A stretch of 64,000 nucleotides of DNA from Octopus vulgaris (lineage: Eukaryota), in the NCBI GenBank assembly GCA_951406725.2, contig OX597824.1:5456001-5520000 (forward strand). The letters run 5' to 3'. The notes beneath the pieces were generated by a model. It was given only the letters and a program-made list of their open reading frames with translations, was not told the DNA's origin and did not search any database. The position numbers and the translations under genes are program-made. Shown here in pieces: positions 1 through 13,535 of the stretch. How positions within the stretch are numbered: position 1 is the stretch's first letter; every line of letters starts with the position of its first letter.

Positions 1-176
1 GGATGCGCAATAATAAACTCCGGCGTAATATATAGTGTTACTAATATGTAATCATCTCTGTCTGGTTTCCTTATATATATATATATATATATGTGTGTAT
101 ATATATGTATATATATATGTGTGTGTGTGTATAAATATATATATATGTGTGTGTATAAATATATATATATATATAG

Positions 177-216
<40 letters not shown>

Positions 217-277
217 GTAATATATATGTATATAAGTATATATACGTATAAATAAATATATATACGTATGTATATAC

Positions 278-332
<55 letters not shown>

Positions 333-1139
333 GGGGGAAATCTACTGCCGACTGTTGGTGCTGTACATATATGCATACGCACACAAACATACACACGTGT
401 GTGTGTATTTATATATGAGCAATATAAATCTATATCTATATCTATCTATGTTTATGTTTATGCGTTTATGAAGACGTGTTAGGACAGACAGGTCAACGTA
501 TCAAGATTCGTATTCATGTCGCTTCATCGATATCATCTCCCTGTATGTTGAATTTATGATTTGTTCCCAATTGCCGCGTCCTCTTAATGGTTAATACCAA
601 TCGTGATATGATAAGAGTCATATCGAAAGAAGAGAATTGAACATTTGGCTGTTACCTTGTTAGCTGTTTGTTTTTAGAAAAATAAAAGATTCGACCCAAG
701 TAGGAAACCCATTCTTTATTTAGTGAAATCTAAATGACTTCTACGGTATTTTAAAGCAGAGCATGGAGAGCCAGAACGACCACTGCAAAAACCGATGCTC
801 TGTTGACTTAGACAATTGGCCGCCCTAATCTGTAGTATATGGCACGCACGAAGAAGGTTATGTTAATAAGTGTACCAGTTTCTGAAACAACTTCGATGTT
901 GAATTGGGACTAGAATATGTTGGAAATTATTTCGGATATGCAATCCGAAACCCAAAATAAATAAATGACAGAGAGGCAAGGAATTACCTCTTGAATCTTC
1001 CAAATAGTGATTTTACTGAAAAATGGATAATTGCGATTGGAATGACAGGAATAAATTGCAATTTATTAGTTGTGTCAAGCACAATGTTATAATCTGTAAA
1101 TTCTAAAGTTATTATAAATGAAATACAAACGTGTTTTAA

Positions 1140-1140
<1 letters not shown>

Positions 1141-1192
<52 letters not shown>

Positions 1193-1209
1193 GATGATGA
1201 TGATGGCGA

Positions 1210-1240
<31 letters not shown>

Positions 1241-1402
1241 GATGATCACAATGATGATGATGATAGTGGTGGTCGTTGTGGTGGTGTTGTTGATGATGAT
1301 GATGATAGTGGTGGTCGTTGTGGTGGTGTTGATGATGATGATCACAATGATGATGGTGGTGATAGTGGTGGTGGTTGTGGTGGTGGTGGTGTTGATGAGG
1401 AC

Positions 1403-1441
<39 letters not shown>

Positions 1442-1560
1442 AGTAATGGTGACGACAGTGATGACGATGTTAGTGGCAGCGACGGTGGGGACGATGGGAA
1501 CGATGGGTGATGGTGATGATGATAAAAGTGTTAATGTTGATGATAACGATGTTGACAATG
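1141..1560. repeat. Compound (GAT)n/(GGT)n trinucleotide repeat
   Basis: Direct observation; followed by (ATT)n(GTT)n at 1700-1828. Confidence 0.95.
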
Positions 1561-1709
1561 ATAGTGAGGGGTGGTCATGAAAAGATCGGCGAAGACAATA
1601 ATGAAGAATTCAGATGAAAGTTTTAATTACATTTATGGCGATGGCAGCATGAAGTACTATAATATTCCATATTTATTTTTTTAAAACCAATTATTAATAT
1701 TATTATTAC

Positions 1710-1770
<61 letters not shown>

Positions 1771-1789
1771 GTTGTTGTTGTTGTTGTTG

Positions 1790-1822
<33 letters not shown>

Positions 1823-2361
1823 GTTGTTGAGAGGGATAATACTGATTAGATGAACATATATATCTAATTACAGAAAGTGCGGTCGTAATTTGTCATTAAA
1901 ATCTGTTAATTTTTATTGAACAATAACAAAATAAATAATGCAACACAATAAAACTCTAATTATAAAGTTGTCTTTCAAGTTAGAATACTCTTCGTTGTAA
2001 AAGTTGTAGACACTGAAAGCTGTTCCGATAAAAAAGTAGATATTTCATATGACGTCACTGTAATATTCTTTCATTACAATTTGTGCGTGTGAATATATAT
2101 GACTGCTTAATTATTTTTGCCTGTGTGTATTACATTGACGTTTCCATCCATCTGTCTGTGCCTATGTATGTATGTATGTATGTATCTATCTATCGATCCC
2201 TCACAGTATATGTATGTATGTATGCATGTATGTATGTATGTATGTATGTATGTATGTATGTATGTATGTATGTATGTATGTACGTATGTATGTATGCATG
2301 TATCTATCTATCCCTCTCAGTATATATATGTGTGTGCGTGTGTATGTATATATTCTCTTTC

Positions 2362-2772
2362 TCTTTTCTCTTTTACTTGTTTCAGTCATTTGACTGCGGC
2401 CATGCTGGAGCACCGCCTTTAGTCGAGCAAATCGACCCCGGGACTTATTCTTTGTAAGCCCAGTACTTATTCTATCGGTCTCTTTTGCCGAACCGCTAAG
2501 TGACAGGGACGTAAACACACCAGCATCGGTTGTCAAGCAATGCTAGGGGGACAAACACAGACACACAAACACACACACACACACACTTACATATATATAT
2601 ATACATATATACGACAGGCTTCTTTCAGTTTCCGTCTACCAAATCCACTCACAAGGCATTGGTCGGCCCGGGACTATAGCAGAAGACACTTTCCCAAGAT
2701 GCCACGCAGTGGGACTGAACCCGGAACCATGTGGTTGGTTAGCAAGCTACTTACCACACAGCCACTCCTGCG

Positions 2773-2774
<2 letters not shown>
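2362..2774 (-). mobile_element. tRNA-derived SINE family A, full length
   Basis: Pol III A/B-box head (ggcgcaggagtggctgtgtggtaag...ggttcagtcc), internal (TA)n(TG)n, tail gaaacaagtaaaaga; multi-copy in window. Confidence 0.9.
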
Positions 2775-2833
<59 letters not shown>

Positions 2834-3173
2834 ATACTCTCAAATGTATAATACATATTACACACACACGCACACACATATATGTATATATAGAGAGTTA
2901 AGCTGGAAGCCAGGAGGGGTTGAGGAGCAGTGACTTGGTCACCTCTGATGACCCACCAAAGAAACGGTGGTACGGTTCAGGTTCGCGACACCCGATGGAC
3001 GATGGACACCGTCTGACGAAGCCACTTCCTCCTGGTCACGGCTCCAATTCACTTTGGTGAATCGATAAAGCACCTCCTTAAATGTGTTCTTAACACACGC
3101 ACACACACACACACATATATATACATATGAGGACATAAATTTAATGTACATATATATATATATATGTATGAAT

Positions 3174-3228
<55 letters not shown>

Positions 3229-3230
<2 letters not shown>

Positions 3231-3391
3231 CGCAGGAGTTGCTGTGTGGTAAGTAGCTTGCTAACCAACCACATGGTTCCGGGTTCAGTCCCACTGCGTG
3301 GCACCTTGGGCAAGTGCCTTCTACTATAGCCCCGGGCCGACCAATGCCTTGTGAGTGGATTTGGTAGACGGAAACTGAAAGAAGCCTGTCG

Positions 3392-3475
<84 letters not shown>

Positions 3476-3522
3476 TGTGTCTGTGTTTGTCCCCCTAGCA
3501 TTGCTTGACAACCGATGCTGGT
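3229..3522 (+). mobile_element. SINE family A, 3' truncated
   Basis: Near-identical inverted partner of 2362-2774. Confidence 0.9.
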
Positions 3523-4000
3523 TATAAGAGTAGTTCTGATATTTGCAAGATGGCCGAAAAATGTCGCTATTGACGAACGTTCTGGGAGACCCCAACCAGA
3601 ACTGAGAAAAACATTGCAGATGTGTACGCAGCTGTGAGGGGAAATCGTCGAATCACCATCTGTGAGTTATCAGAGGATGTGCAGATTAGTTACAGTTCAG
3701 TTCAGTCACTGAAGATTTAGGTATGAGACGCGGTCTGCTAAGTTTGTATCAAAACGGCTTTTTGCTGACCAAAAAGACACTTGGGTTTCAGTCACACAAG
3801 ATCTCCTTGATTGTGGCGGTAACTATGAAAATATTTTGAAAAATCTGCGCAGGGCACTGAACAGGTATTGCCAAGGTTTTGGCGAAATTTGATGCCAAAA
3901 TTTGGCATCAGAGTTCAATGTCAATCTGACTTTACTCTGCGTGCTTTACCTTCGTTACTACGGCAACAGTCCGGACAATTATCGATCTCGATCAGACCAC
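3523..4000 (+). pseudogene. Degenerate mariner/Tc1 transposase N-terminal fragment with right end
   Basis: Frameshifted DERSGRP...VRGNRRITICELSEDVQISYSSVQS...EDLGMRR..AKFVSKRL (HTH plus WVP-like linker); ends gatcagaccacg-TA. Confidence 0.75.
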
Positions 4001-4035
4001 GTATATGTACATACACACACACATACACACACACA

Positions 4036-4069
<34 letters not shown>

Positions 4070-4081
4070 TATCCACAATCT

Positions 4082-4155
<74 letters not shown>

Positions 4156-4311
4156 ATATATAACATTTTAAATGTATATTTCTTGCAGACGCTCCTTGGA
4201 CCACATGTTTAGAGAGAAAAAATTATTCATTCATGCAAAACTGTACATGTATATAAACATGCACACATAGATACATGCATGCATGCCAACATACATACAT
4301 ACACATATTCA

Positions 4312-4364
<53 letters not shown>

Positions 4365-4581
4365 TTATAGCATACTTATATATATCTATATACACACACA
4401 TACATACATACGTCCACACACGCATACCTACGTACTTTCCCACATACTCGCACTCATAAATACATGCTTGCCTCCTCACTAATCTGCACGCATCCACGCA
4501 TGTTCGCCTTAATACATTTGCATATCACTCTGCGAGCAATTAATGGTGAGAGAAATATCTAGAAATATGTGAGGATTGTAT

Positions 4582-4619
<38 letters not shown>

Positions 4620-5398
4620 ACACACACGGAGACGTACATAGTCATACAAACAAACAAATTCCTACTTCGATACTCGCAACGAAGTACGCAGCGTAAACAC
4701 ACTCCTCGACGCCCACAGCCTCTCACCTCTATTCTTATCTGAATGCTTTCTTTAGCAAAATCCTTAAGCAGGCGTTAATTGTTCTAGTCTAATTAACTGA
4801 GTGATATGAAGAAGTATTGTTTTGTATTATCCTGCTACTGAAATGTTATGTGCCTCTGTGTGTGCGTGTGTGTACAATACACACGCACAAACACATTATA
4901 TTTTCTATATAAACAAGAACATCAATAGTAATAATAATGAGAACAACAGCAATAAAATGCAGAATCTATATCGCGTGGTGTAATTCCATCTTCGTCATCC
5001 ATGGATTATCTTAGAGAAATTGCTTTCCTTATCTTTTCAAATGATTCTGTTATGTTATGAACTAAAATCTAATTTATGCAAATATACATTATAATTGAAT
5101 ATTTTACCCCACGTTTAAAGATAATTAAAGAAAACAACAAAAAGCCACATACAGACATGCACGCACATAAAATCATAAAGAGGGCTAATTGCATTCTTCT
5201 TCTTCTTCTTCTTGTATCATCCAGGAATAGTGGTTTACATGAATAATTACGTATTAAACGCGCAACCATATCTGCGTACATCCTGGCTCTGTGTTCAAAT
5301 TCTCTTTGAATCCACATTACTTATCAGCCATCCATTTCCCTTCAAATATCGTTCATGCAGCAGCCACCGTACGATTAAGAAACAACTACTTCCTAAAA

Positions 5399-5472
5399 AT
5401 GCTTAGCCTGATGCTAATGTTACAAATTATTCCCTTTTGGGACACAGGATTCTCAGGCCTCAGCGACTTCAG
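5399..5472 (+). CDS. Candidate first coding exon (signal-peptide-like MLSLMLMLQIIPFWDTGFSGLSDF)
   Basis: CTAAT branch-like site, (CTT)n tract and CAG acceptor at 5224; aaaaATG at 5399; CAG|GTAATA donor at 5472; non-repetitive context; no homology evidence. Confidence 0.28.
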
Positions 5473-5671
5473 GTAATAATGCTGTATTAAATATGGCTGC
5501 AATAACTTAACTGTTATTTACATGCAGGCTAACACTGAGTTGTTTAGTGTATAAATAATTCTATTCTCCTACACCAAGAAGCATGCAATTTGGCCATTCA
5601 CTTAGTTGATCTTACTAACGTTACTTTCCGCAAAGACATTGAATTACTCGAGAATTGAAATAATATAACAA

Positions 5672-5991
5672 TTGCAGCGTGGAAGGTGTTTATAAGCCAT
5701 TTAAGAAACACACAAAAACCGTTAGATTCACCTCAACATTTAAATTAAATTTGTCAAAAACCGTTAGATTCACTTCAACATTTAAATTTAATTCGTCAAA
5801 ATATTTTCGTCGCTTTGAGGCCGCGACTTCTTCACTGACAAAGTTGTGATGCAGCACAGAGTTTCGTCAGTGAACAGGTCGCGGACTCAAAGTGACGAAA
5901 ATATTTTGACGAATTAAATTTAAATGTTGAAGTGAATTTAACGGTTATTGTGTGTTTCTTAAATGGCTTATAAACACCTTCCACGCTGCAA
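5672..5991. repeat. Long inverted repeat element (hammerhead motif in both arms)
   Basis: Arms 5672-5842 and about 5862-5991; left arm has an extra 42-bp tandem duplication. Confidence 0.9.
5863..5913 (+). ncRNA. Hammerhead-fold motif with G3:C8 variant core
   Basis: UUCGUCA-GUGAACA-G-GUCGC-loop-GUGAC-GAA-AAUAUU-U-UGACGAA: 7-bp stem I, 5-bp stem II, palindromic stem III; inverted copy on minus strand 5792-5842. Confidence 0.7.
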
Positions 5992-7477
5992 CCGTTTTCG
6001 TTCCAGCACACGATCTCACATCAAGTCACTCGCTATGCAAGTACATCTCTGAAATAAAATATTATTTCCTATACATTTCAGGGATTGTTGCACCACGTAT
6101 TTGCCAATATGATTAGAATCATAATAACAGCTTCTAATTTATGCATGAGGTCAGCAAAATTAGTGGAAGGCATCAGTCGATAACACCCCTAGTACTTGAC
6201 CGTTACTATATTTTATTACAAACCGAAGGATGAAACCTGAAAGGGATTTCGGTGGGATTTTGCCCACAGAATGTAATGTGCCCGAACAAAGACCGCAATG
6301 GACTCCTACTGATGCAGAATGTGTTTCGCCAGTTCGCCGCCTTGTAAGTATTTATCATTAAAATCTACGACGAATCATAAAATAATACGATGTAATAACG
6401 TTTTACTATTTCGGGCTGAGTCTATCTTTTATCTGTTAGTCTCAGTATGAAAATCCCTGTATCATTGACACCATATTGTTTATTGCTTGTGTATTTGTAC
6501 TGCTCTCAAAGATATACCTTCTATGTGGTGAGCCAACTTGTTAGAAATAACAGCAGAATCTTATATAAATCACAACCTACTATTATTTTTATTAAAGTCA
6601 TATTACAAACCGTGTCCACAGTTACATACGAAGGGGGATTGCTTTTCAGGTCTATTCACTTGACAAACCTTCATGCAGTTTTCCTTCTACCAAATTTCAT
6701 TAACAAGCTAAGGTCCTATACAAAATGACACTAATTCAATACGCTCTGAGATTGAAACCGAGATCACGTAGTTACAAAGCGAACTTCTTAACCATTCGAC
6801 CATACTGTAACTGCACATTAAATATGTGTGTGTGTGAGTAAAAATATCGTATTTAAAGTGTGGAGATTAATGACAGCATCTCACAGTGTTGAATTAGACC
6901 GAGATGAAATTCTTTAATCCATAATTTCCATACAAAATCAAAATAGCGCCATTGTACCAATACGGGAAATCAATACTTTACTTCTTAAAGAATTACAAAG
7001 AATTATATTCTAAACATATACATCGCAAAATATAAGACAAAGAGAATAGAAAAGCGTGATGGTGAAGGTTTCTCTAAAGATCCACTGCCTTGTAATTTCG
7101 GTTTTGCTCTATATTTGTATACAACAATTTCTTCCTTCTTATGGCAACTTTTAGGTTTATCTATTATTGCCTGGAATATCAAAGACACACAAGAAATTTA
7201 TTCAAATATAAAAATTTCAGCTACGGTAAGCATTATCCTGTTTTAATATATTGCCCCCATTAATGTTGTTATATATAAGTAATTATACGAAATGAAGATG
7301 TTATTGCTTACCCTGCGGATATTTACAATTAATAAAAGTATATAAAGCCGAACATTTATAATCCCCAAAAGATAATAAAATAACAATACCAAATGAACAT
7401 ATATAATTATTTTCCTAATAAATATCATGTTTCTGTATTTGCAATACAAATTAAACATCTAATTTTAGTAGCAATAA

Positions 7478-7513
<36 letters not shown>

Positions 7514-7858
7514 ATGCGTATATACAACATTTTGGAGCGTCCGCATACTAACGTACACTCTCACACAGGAAAATAATACATATATAATCAATACAATAGC
7601 AGGGAGTAACTTTTGTGATGTAGCGGCGATTCTCAGTTACTACTCAGAGTATTATAAATGTTGCTGATCAGGGAATTGATTTCTAATGTTTCGGTTAAAG
7701 TATTTCAGAGATTCGATTATATAGGATCAATCCTTTGAGTGGAAAAGGTTAAATATATTAAAGGGATAATATTACATTGAAAAATATACAAATAATCTAT
7801 CTATCTATCTGTCTGCCTGCCTGCATGTCTGTCTATCCAGAAATATATTACTCTTTAC

Positions 7859-8068
7859 TCTTTTACTTGTTTCAGTCATTTGACTGCGGCCATGCAGGAG
7901 CACCGCCTTTAGTCGAGCAAATCGACCCCCAGGACTTATTCTTTGTAAGCCCAGTACCTATTCTATCGGTCTTTTTTGCCGAACCGCTAAGTGACGGGGA
8001 CGTAAACACACCAGCATCGGTTGTCAAGCAATGCTAGGGGGACAAACACAGACACACAAACACACACA

Positions 8069-8124
<56 letters not shown>

Positions 8125-8286
8125 TACGACGGGCTTCTTTCCGTTTCCGTCTACCAAATCCAGTCACAAGGCATTGGTCGGCCCGGGGCTATAGCAGAAG
8201 ACACTTGCCCAAGATGCCACGTAGTGGGACTGAACCCGGAACCATGTGGTTGGTTAGCAAGCTACTTACCACACAGCCACTCCTGC
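7859..8286 (-). mobile_element. SINE family A
   Basis: Full-length homology to 2362-2774. Confidence 0.9.
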
Positions 8287-8287
8287 A

Positions 8288-8318
<31 letters not shown>

Positions 8319-8401
8319 GAGAATTTCCCAGAAAACAAAAGATGAAGGTGGGTGTGCAAAAAACAAACAGACATAGCTTAACGCTAGGGAAATGAGAAAT
8401 T

Positions 8402-8437
8402 TTTATACGTTTCGAGCCTACACTCCTCAACAGAAGG
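8402..8437 (-). ncRNA. Minimal hammerhead-like motif (A6U variant), second copy
   Basis: CUGUUGA-G-GAG-uguagg-CUC-GAAAC-GUA; flanks 8318-8452 homologous to 55103-55240; stem I decayed. Confidence 0.55.
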
Positions 8438-8597
8438 GAACACAGAAATGAACGTACAGCTCTATATTTAAGAGATGAGGAATCATGTACATTATTTACA
8501 TAATTTACACGGGCATATGGCGTAGTGCTTAAGAGCGCGGGATACTAACCCCTATATATACATATAAATATATATAGGAATATATATATACATATAA

Positions 8598-8648
<51 letters not shown>

Positions 8649-8665
8649 TCTACATATATATATCC

Positions 8666-8712
<47 letters not shown>

Positions 8713-8860
8713 TATATATATTTATATGTATATATAGATATGTATAAATACCTATATGCGGGGCTGTGTGAATATATTCATATTCTTGTATATATAAGTG
8801 CTTATATTTGAAGTGTAGAGTACATTTGCATTATTTATATATACATATATATATATATAC

Positions 8861-8908
<48 letters not shown>

Positions 8909-9808
8909 ATTTCTGTACTTGTATAAGTAGCTAAATAGCTAAATAGATACACGCACACAGATATATGTATGTATATACATTCAAGCGATAGCAGCCACCA
9001 AATTAGCAATTCAAATGAAAAGTCGAACCTTAAATACTATTGAAACAGCAAAAAATAAACAGGAAATCTAAAATGATTTTTAGCACTTAAAAATTGAAAC
9101 AATTCTTTTGAAATGTTGATTGATCGTTTGGGAATTTAAATTTATTGACTGGAAATAAAAGAAGGAAAATTAGAAACGGAATGGTCGGAGATATAACTTT
9201 ACGTTAATGTTCGATTTCAAATTCAAATAAATTCATTTTCAGTTTTGCTGTCTCGTAGATTAGGCAACTGACTTACTTATATCATAGCATCGTGTGGACC
9301 TAAGAACTTTATATAAATTTTGGTACGTAGAAGCTATATGGAACCCCCGTGTAGGGAAAGCTTCCGGGACAGAACCTGCCGGTGGCTTTAACTTCAGCAC
9401 CAGCAAGATATTGGGTTCTTTTCCAGAAGAAGACTTTTGCAAAAATCTAAATGTCTAAAGCTGGAATAGAATTTCATTTAATGATTCTTTACTCCAAATG
9501 TTTAAAGGTGTCCTGAAAAGAAAAGCTCGTACGAAATCTGCTGCCTACTTTGACGAATTAATCACAAAGCATTCGCATACACGTATATGTATACGCATGC
9601 GTGTGTGTGTGTGTGTTCGTCTTTTATGTTGCCGTTGGTTTGGTTACGTTTCTTTTACAATGACGTACTTTCAGATTGTGTCCTATTGCGCAGCATCTAC
9701 TGTAGAATCATGCCAAGTGACGCCTTCTGAGTGAAATTTTTAAACGGAATCTAGATAGATCCCAATAGGGTATATATACATATATGCACACACACACACA
9801 TACATACA

Positions 9809-9839
<31 letters not shown>

Positions 9840-9929
9840 CCCAAAAGTTGTGTTGCTTTGTTAGCATCCGGCTTGAACTCTCACAAGAAGAATATAAATT
9901 AAACTCAAAGAATAAACAAATATTATGTA

Positions 9930-9965
<36 letters not shown>

Positions 9966-10736
9966 ACACACACGCAGAAAGGGGTTTTCGAAAATGTCCC
10001 TCAATTTGAAAAACCTGTAATTGTTTTTAAATAAATTTATTTATATACATACGAAGATAGTTTCAACAATATTATTTGTTTATCAATGGTAAAAGTAGAC
10101 AAACATGTTTAAAAAATTCAATGTCTACAAAATTCAATAATATCAAATATGATTTAGATGTTCACAACATTCAATGATATAAAAAATGTGGATCATCTCG
10201 TTTAAATACACAAAATTCAATAGTGTCAGATCACCAAATATTCCGTCATTCCGTGTTAAGAGGGAGAAAAACAAGGGAAAAATTAAGTTTAAAAAAAGGG
10301 CTTTGTTACAGTTTCTGTGATTCTTTTACCGTCGCGTGCTGGGATTTTCGCTTGTAACGGCGTTTTTTGGAATCCAGTGTATTTATTATTTTTTTTCCGT
10401 GAATGGATCTGATTTTTTAAAAGACTAACTGACATCTCTTGTCAAGAGTACAGGTGATAGTCAGATCGCTTATATTTGTTGTGCACCCCGCTGTCGTTAT
10501 TTGATCGTTGTTATTTTGTGCGTCTGTGAGTAAAGATCAGTTGTTTTTGCAGGGTTGCTTTATTTTTACCCTTAACTTAAGAAATGGAGAAATATATAGT
10601 GCTAGAAATAAAGAATAAGCCATTTAGGGCTGGAAATAAAGCGGAAAAACGTGCTATTCTTCGAGCTGGCAGGTAGGTGTCTTATGCGAAATCTCTGATG
10701 AACCTGAGTGACGCTGACGACCTGGAGTCGCCTCTG

Positions 10737-10767
<31 letters not shown>

Positions 10768-11354
10768 TCATGGAAGTAGTGTAAATTTTGTTGCTGTCTT
10801 CTTTACAATGAATAAATAAATATCTCTTAGTGCTTAGAAACTGTTAGGATAGAAAATATTCGATAACATTCGATATCTTGAAGAGAAAATTTGATATTTT
10901 AACTTTCCTAATCACATTACCTATTAGAAACTTAACTGCATTAACATTCGCTTGTTTGAGTTAGCAGGAGAAAGTAATTATTTCTCATATGTCTACGAAT
11001 GACAAAGGTAAATTAAATAACAACATTGGCGGAACTTGCATGACTGATAGATTGTGTCGGATAGAAGCTGTTACTTGGAACCCATACTTTGCACGGAAGA
11101 TATAGAATTAAATGTCAAAATTCCCGAAATGAAGCGCGTAGGAGGAGTTAAAACAAGATGTGGATTTGAGACGCTTTTAACTTCGAGTTTAAAGACGAAG
11201 ACTATTTCGAGATTCACTTTTACAGTCTATTTCTATTGGTTTAATCTCCAATCGTCATTGGGCTTCTCATTCTCAAGTTTTTCCATTGTACTGCAAATAG
11301 TTTGAACATAGGATATTATTTCTAAAGTAATGATGGTGGTGATCTTATTTACTT

Positions 11355-11848
11355 GAAATGCGTAGCTGTATTTCGTCTGCTGCTACGTTCTCAGTTCAAA
11401 TTCCGCCGAGGTCGACTTTGCCTTTCTTCCTTTTGGGGTCGATTAAATAAGTACCAGTTACGCACTGAGGTCGATCTAATCGACTTAATCTGTTTGTCTG
11501 TCCTTGTTTGTCCTCTCTGTGTTTAGCTCCTTGTGGGTAGTAAAATAATAGGTACTTCGTCTGTTTTTACGGCCTGAGTTCAAATTCCGCCGAGGTCGAC
11601 TTTGCCTTTCATCCTTTCGGGGTCGATAAATTAAATAAGCCTTGTGCCTAGAATAGAAAAGAATATGAACAGTCCACTCGTTCATATCGTTCGTCTTTAC
11701 GTTCTGTGTTCATATACCCACGAGGTCAACTTTGCCTTTCATCAGTTCGGGTCGATAGAATAAGTACCAGTTGTGCATTGGGGTAGATGTAATCGACTTA
11801 CCCGCCTCTTCCAAATTTTCAGGCATGGTGCCTTTAACAGAAAGGATT
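11355..11848 (+). mobile_element. SINE family B cluster (dimer plus monomer)
   Basis: Repeated gagttcaaattccgccgaggtcgactttgcctttcatcctttcggggtcgataaa core (B box followed by a conserved central domain). Confidence 0.88.
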
Positions 11849-12114
11849 AATTAACTGTCTCAGTAAACGAAATCTAATAAAGTCAATATAGGTTTTTTGA
11901 CTCGCTAAAAAGAGTAGTTAAATATGTATTCTTCTACAAATCACATCTGAATGGTTGCAGTTGGAACATGTAGCGACTGAAAAAAGAGAAAAATAATTCA
12001 GCTTCGTCCGCGGTTGAAAGTATTTGATCCTTTGTCTATTCTATGCAGCTGATCTGGGTCTAAGCAACAATAAAAAAACATTAAGAACGAGACTATTAAT
12101 ATTAGTACAAAAAT

Positions 12115-12482
12115 GCGGCGAGCTGGCAGAATGGTTAGCACGCCGGGCGAAATGAATAGCCGTATTTCGTCTGCCGTTACGTTCTGAGTTCAAATTCCGC
12201 CGAGGTCGACTTTGCCTTTCATCCTTTCGGGGCCGATAAATTAAGTACCAGTTACGCAATGGGGTCGACGTAATCGACTTAATCTGTTTGTCTGTCCTTG
12301 TTTGTCCCCTCTGTGTTTAACCCCTTGTGGATAGTAAAGAAATAGGTATTTCGTCTGCCGTTACGTTCTGAGTTCAAATTCCGCCGAGGTCGACTTTGCC
12401 TTTCATACTTTCATGATCGATAGATTATGTACCAGTTTCGCACTGAGATCTATGTGTAGCCCCTTGTGGGTAGTAAAGAAAT
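12115..12482 (+). mobile_element. SINE family B, tandem dimer
   Basis: Head gcggcgagctggcagaa, second unit restarting at 12345. Confidence 0.9.
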
Positions 12483-13149
12483 ATATCAATATTAGTACAA
12501 ATACCACAACCAAGAAGACGGCGACGAGGACGACCACCACCACCACAAACGTAAAAACAAAACCATTAACAACAATTACAAGAACAGCAAAATTTTAAAA
12601 CTTTCTTATAGAAACATATTAAAGCAGTGACACTGCAACGCAATCACCAGAATAATCAACAGAACCACAGCAGAGTGGAATATGTGATGTAATCATTACC
12701 GGCGTGTATGTTCTAGTTCCAAAATTAATGTCACTTCACAATTGAAAGCATTCCTTAACTGTGCACGTGACTGTGCATAAACCACTTTATTTGGTTATAT
12801 TAATTTCGAAGAATTAATACAACCGAAAATTTAGAAATTATTTCACAGAAATTTCACGTCAACCACGAACCATCAAAGTTTATCTCAGTTGGCATTTAGT
12901 TGTTTCAATTAAAATTACGTGTTTCTAAACTTTAATATATTATTCATATGCTGCATGCAATGCGTATGCTAACGGCCTTTGCTTCACAAGCACTCGATGT
13001 CGGGTTCAATTCCAGTGGACACCACCGTCGTCAGCCGCTTCCTACTTTAGGTTCGGGTTGATCATTTCGTGTGGGATTCTACTGGGCCGATTGCATGTAG
13101 TTGAGTGTTGGGTAATGCTTTCTGATTTAAACGCAGTTTTGGAGAGAGA

Positions 13150-13535
13150 ATATTAGACGATATTATCGACCAGAGTCGATAATCAGTCTAGTAATTTATT
13201 TTGTTGACCCTGGAGGACTAATATATTAAGCTGACCACGGTGAGATTCGAACCCAGATCGTAAAGCGATAGAACAAATACTGCACGGTATTTTCTTCGAT
13301 TCAGTAAGGCATCTGTCAATCCTTCACCCTCAAGTTTCTTTGTAATGTTGGCACAAGGCAACCAATTTCGAAAGCAGGAGGAAAGCCCGGTGCCTAAGTA
13401 CTTATATTATCTTCCCCGAAAAGGTGAAGAGCAAAGACGATCTCGGTGGCATTTGAACTAAGAACATAAATAACCGGAAATAATACAGCTGAGCATAATG
13501 TCCGGCACATTCATGATTCTGCCCTTTCACCACCT
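13150..13535 (-). mobile_element. Two old SINE family B copies
   Basis: Diverged homology; similar relics near 680-830, 6140-6343, 31240-31410, 47120-47290, 60510-60668. Confidence 0.6.

Noticed and set aside
1118-1510. Acidic poly-Asp ORF
   Set aside because: (GAT)n/(GGT)n repeat open in several frames; no domain or splice support
2900-3080. GC-rich island containing CUGAUGA and CUGACGA
   Set aside because: No closing stem II with NUH geometry; no recognisable protein; probably an unclassified TE scrap
9975-10736. Possible hAT-like DNA transposon (right end ...gagtcgcctctg)
   Set aside because: No matching left TIR or TSD found
13000-13036. Minus-strand CUGACGA plus 6-bp hairpin
   Set aside because: Followed by GAAU with no stem I or III; lies in a degraded SINE head
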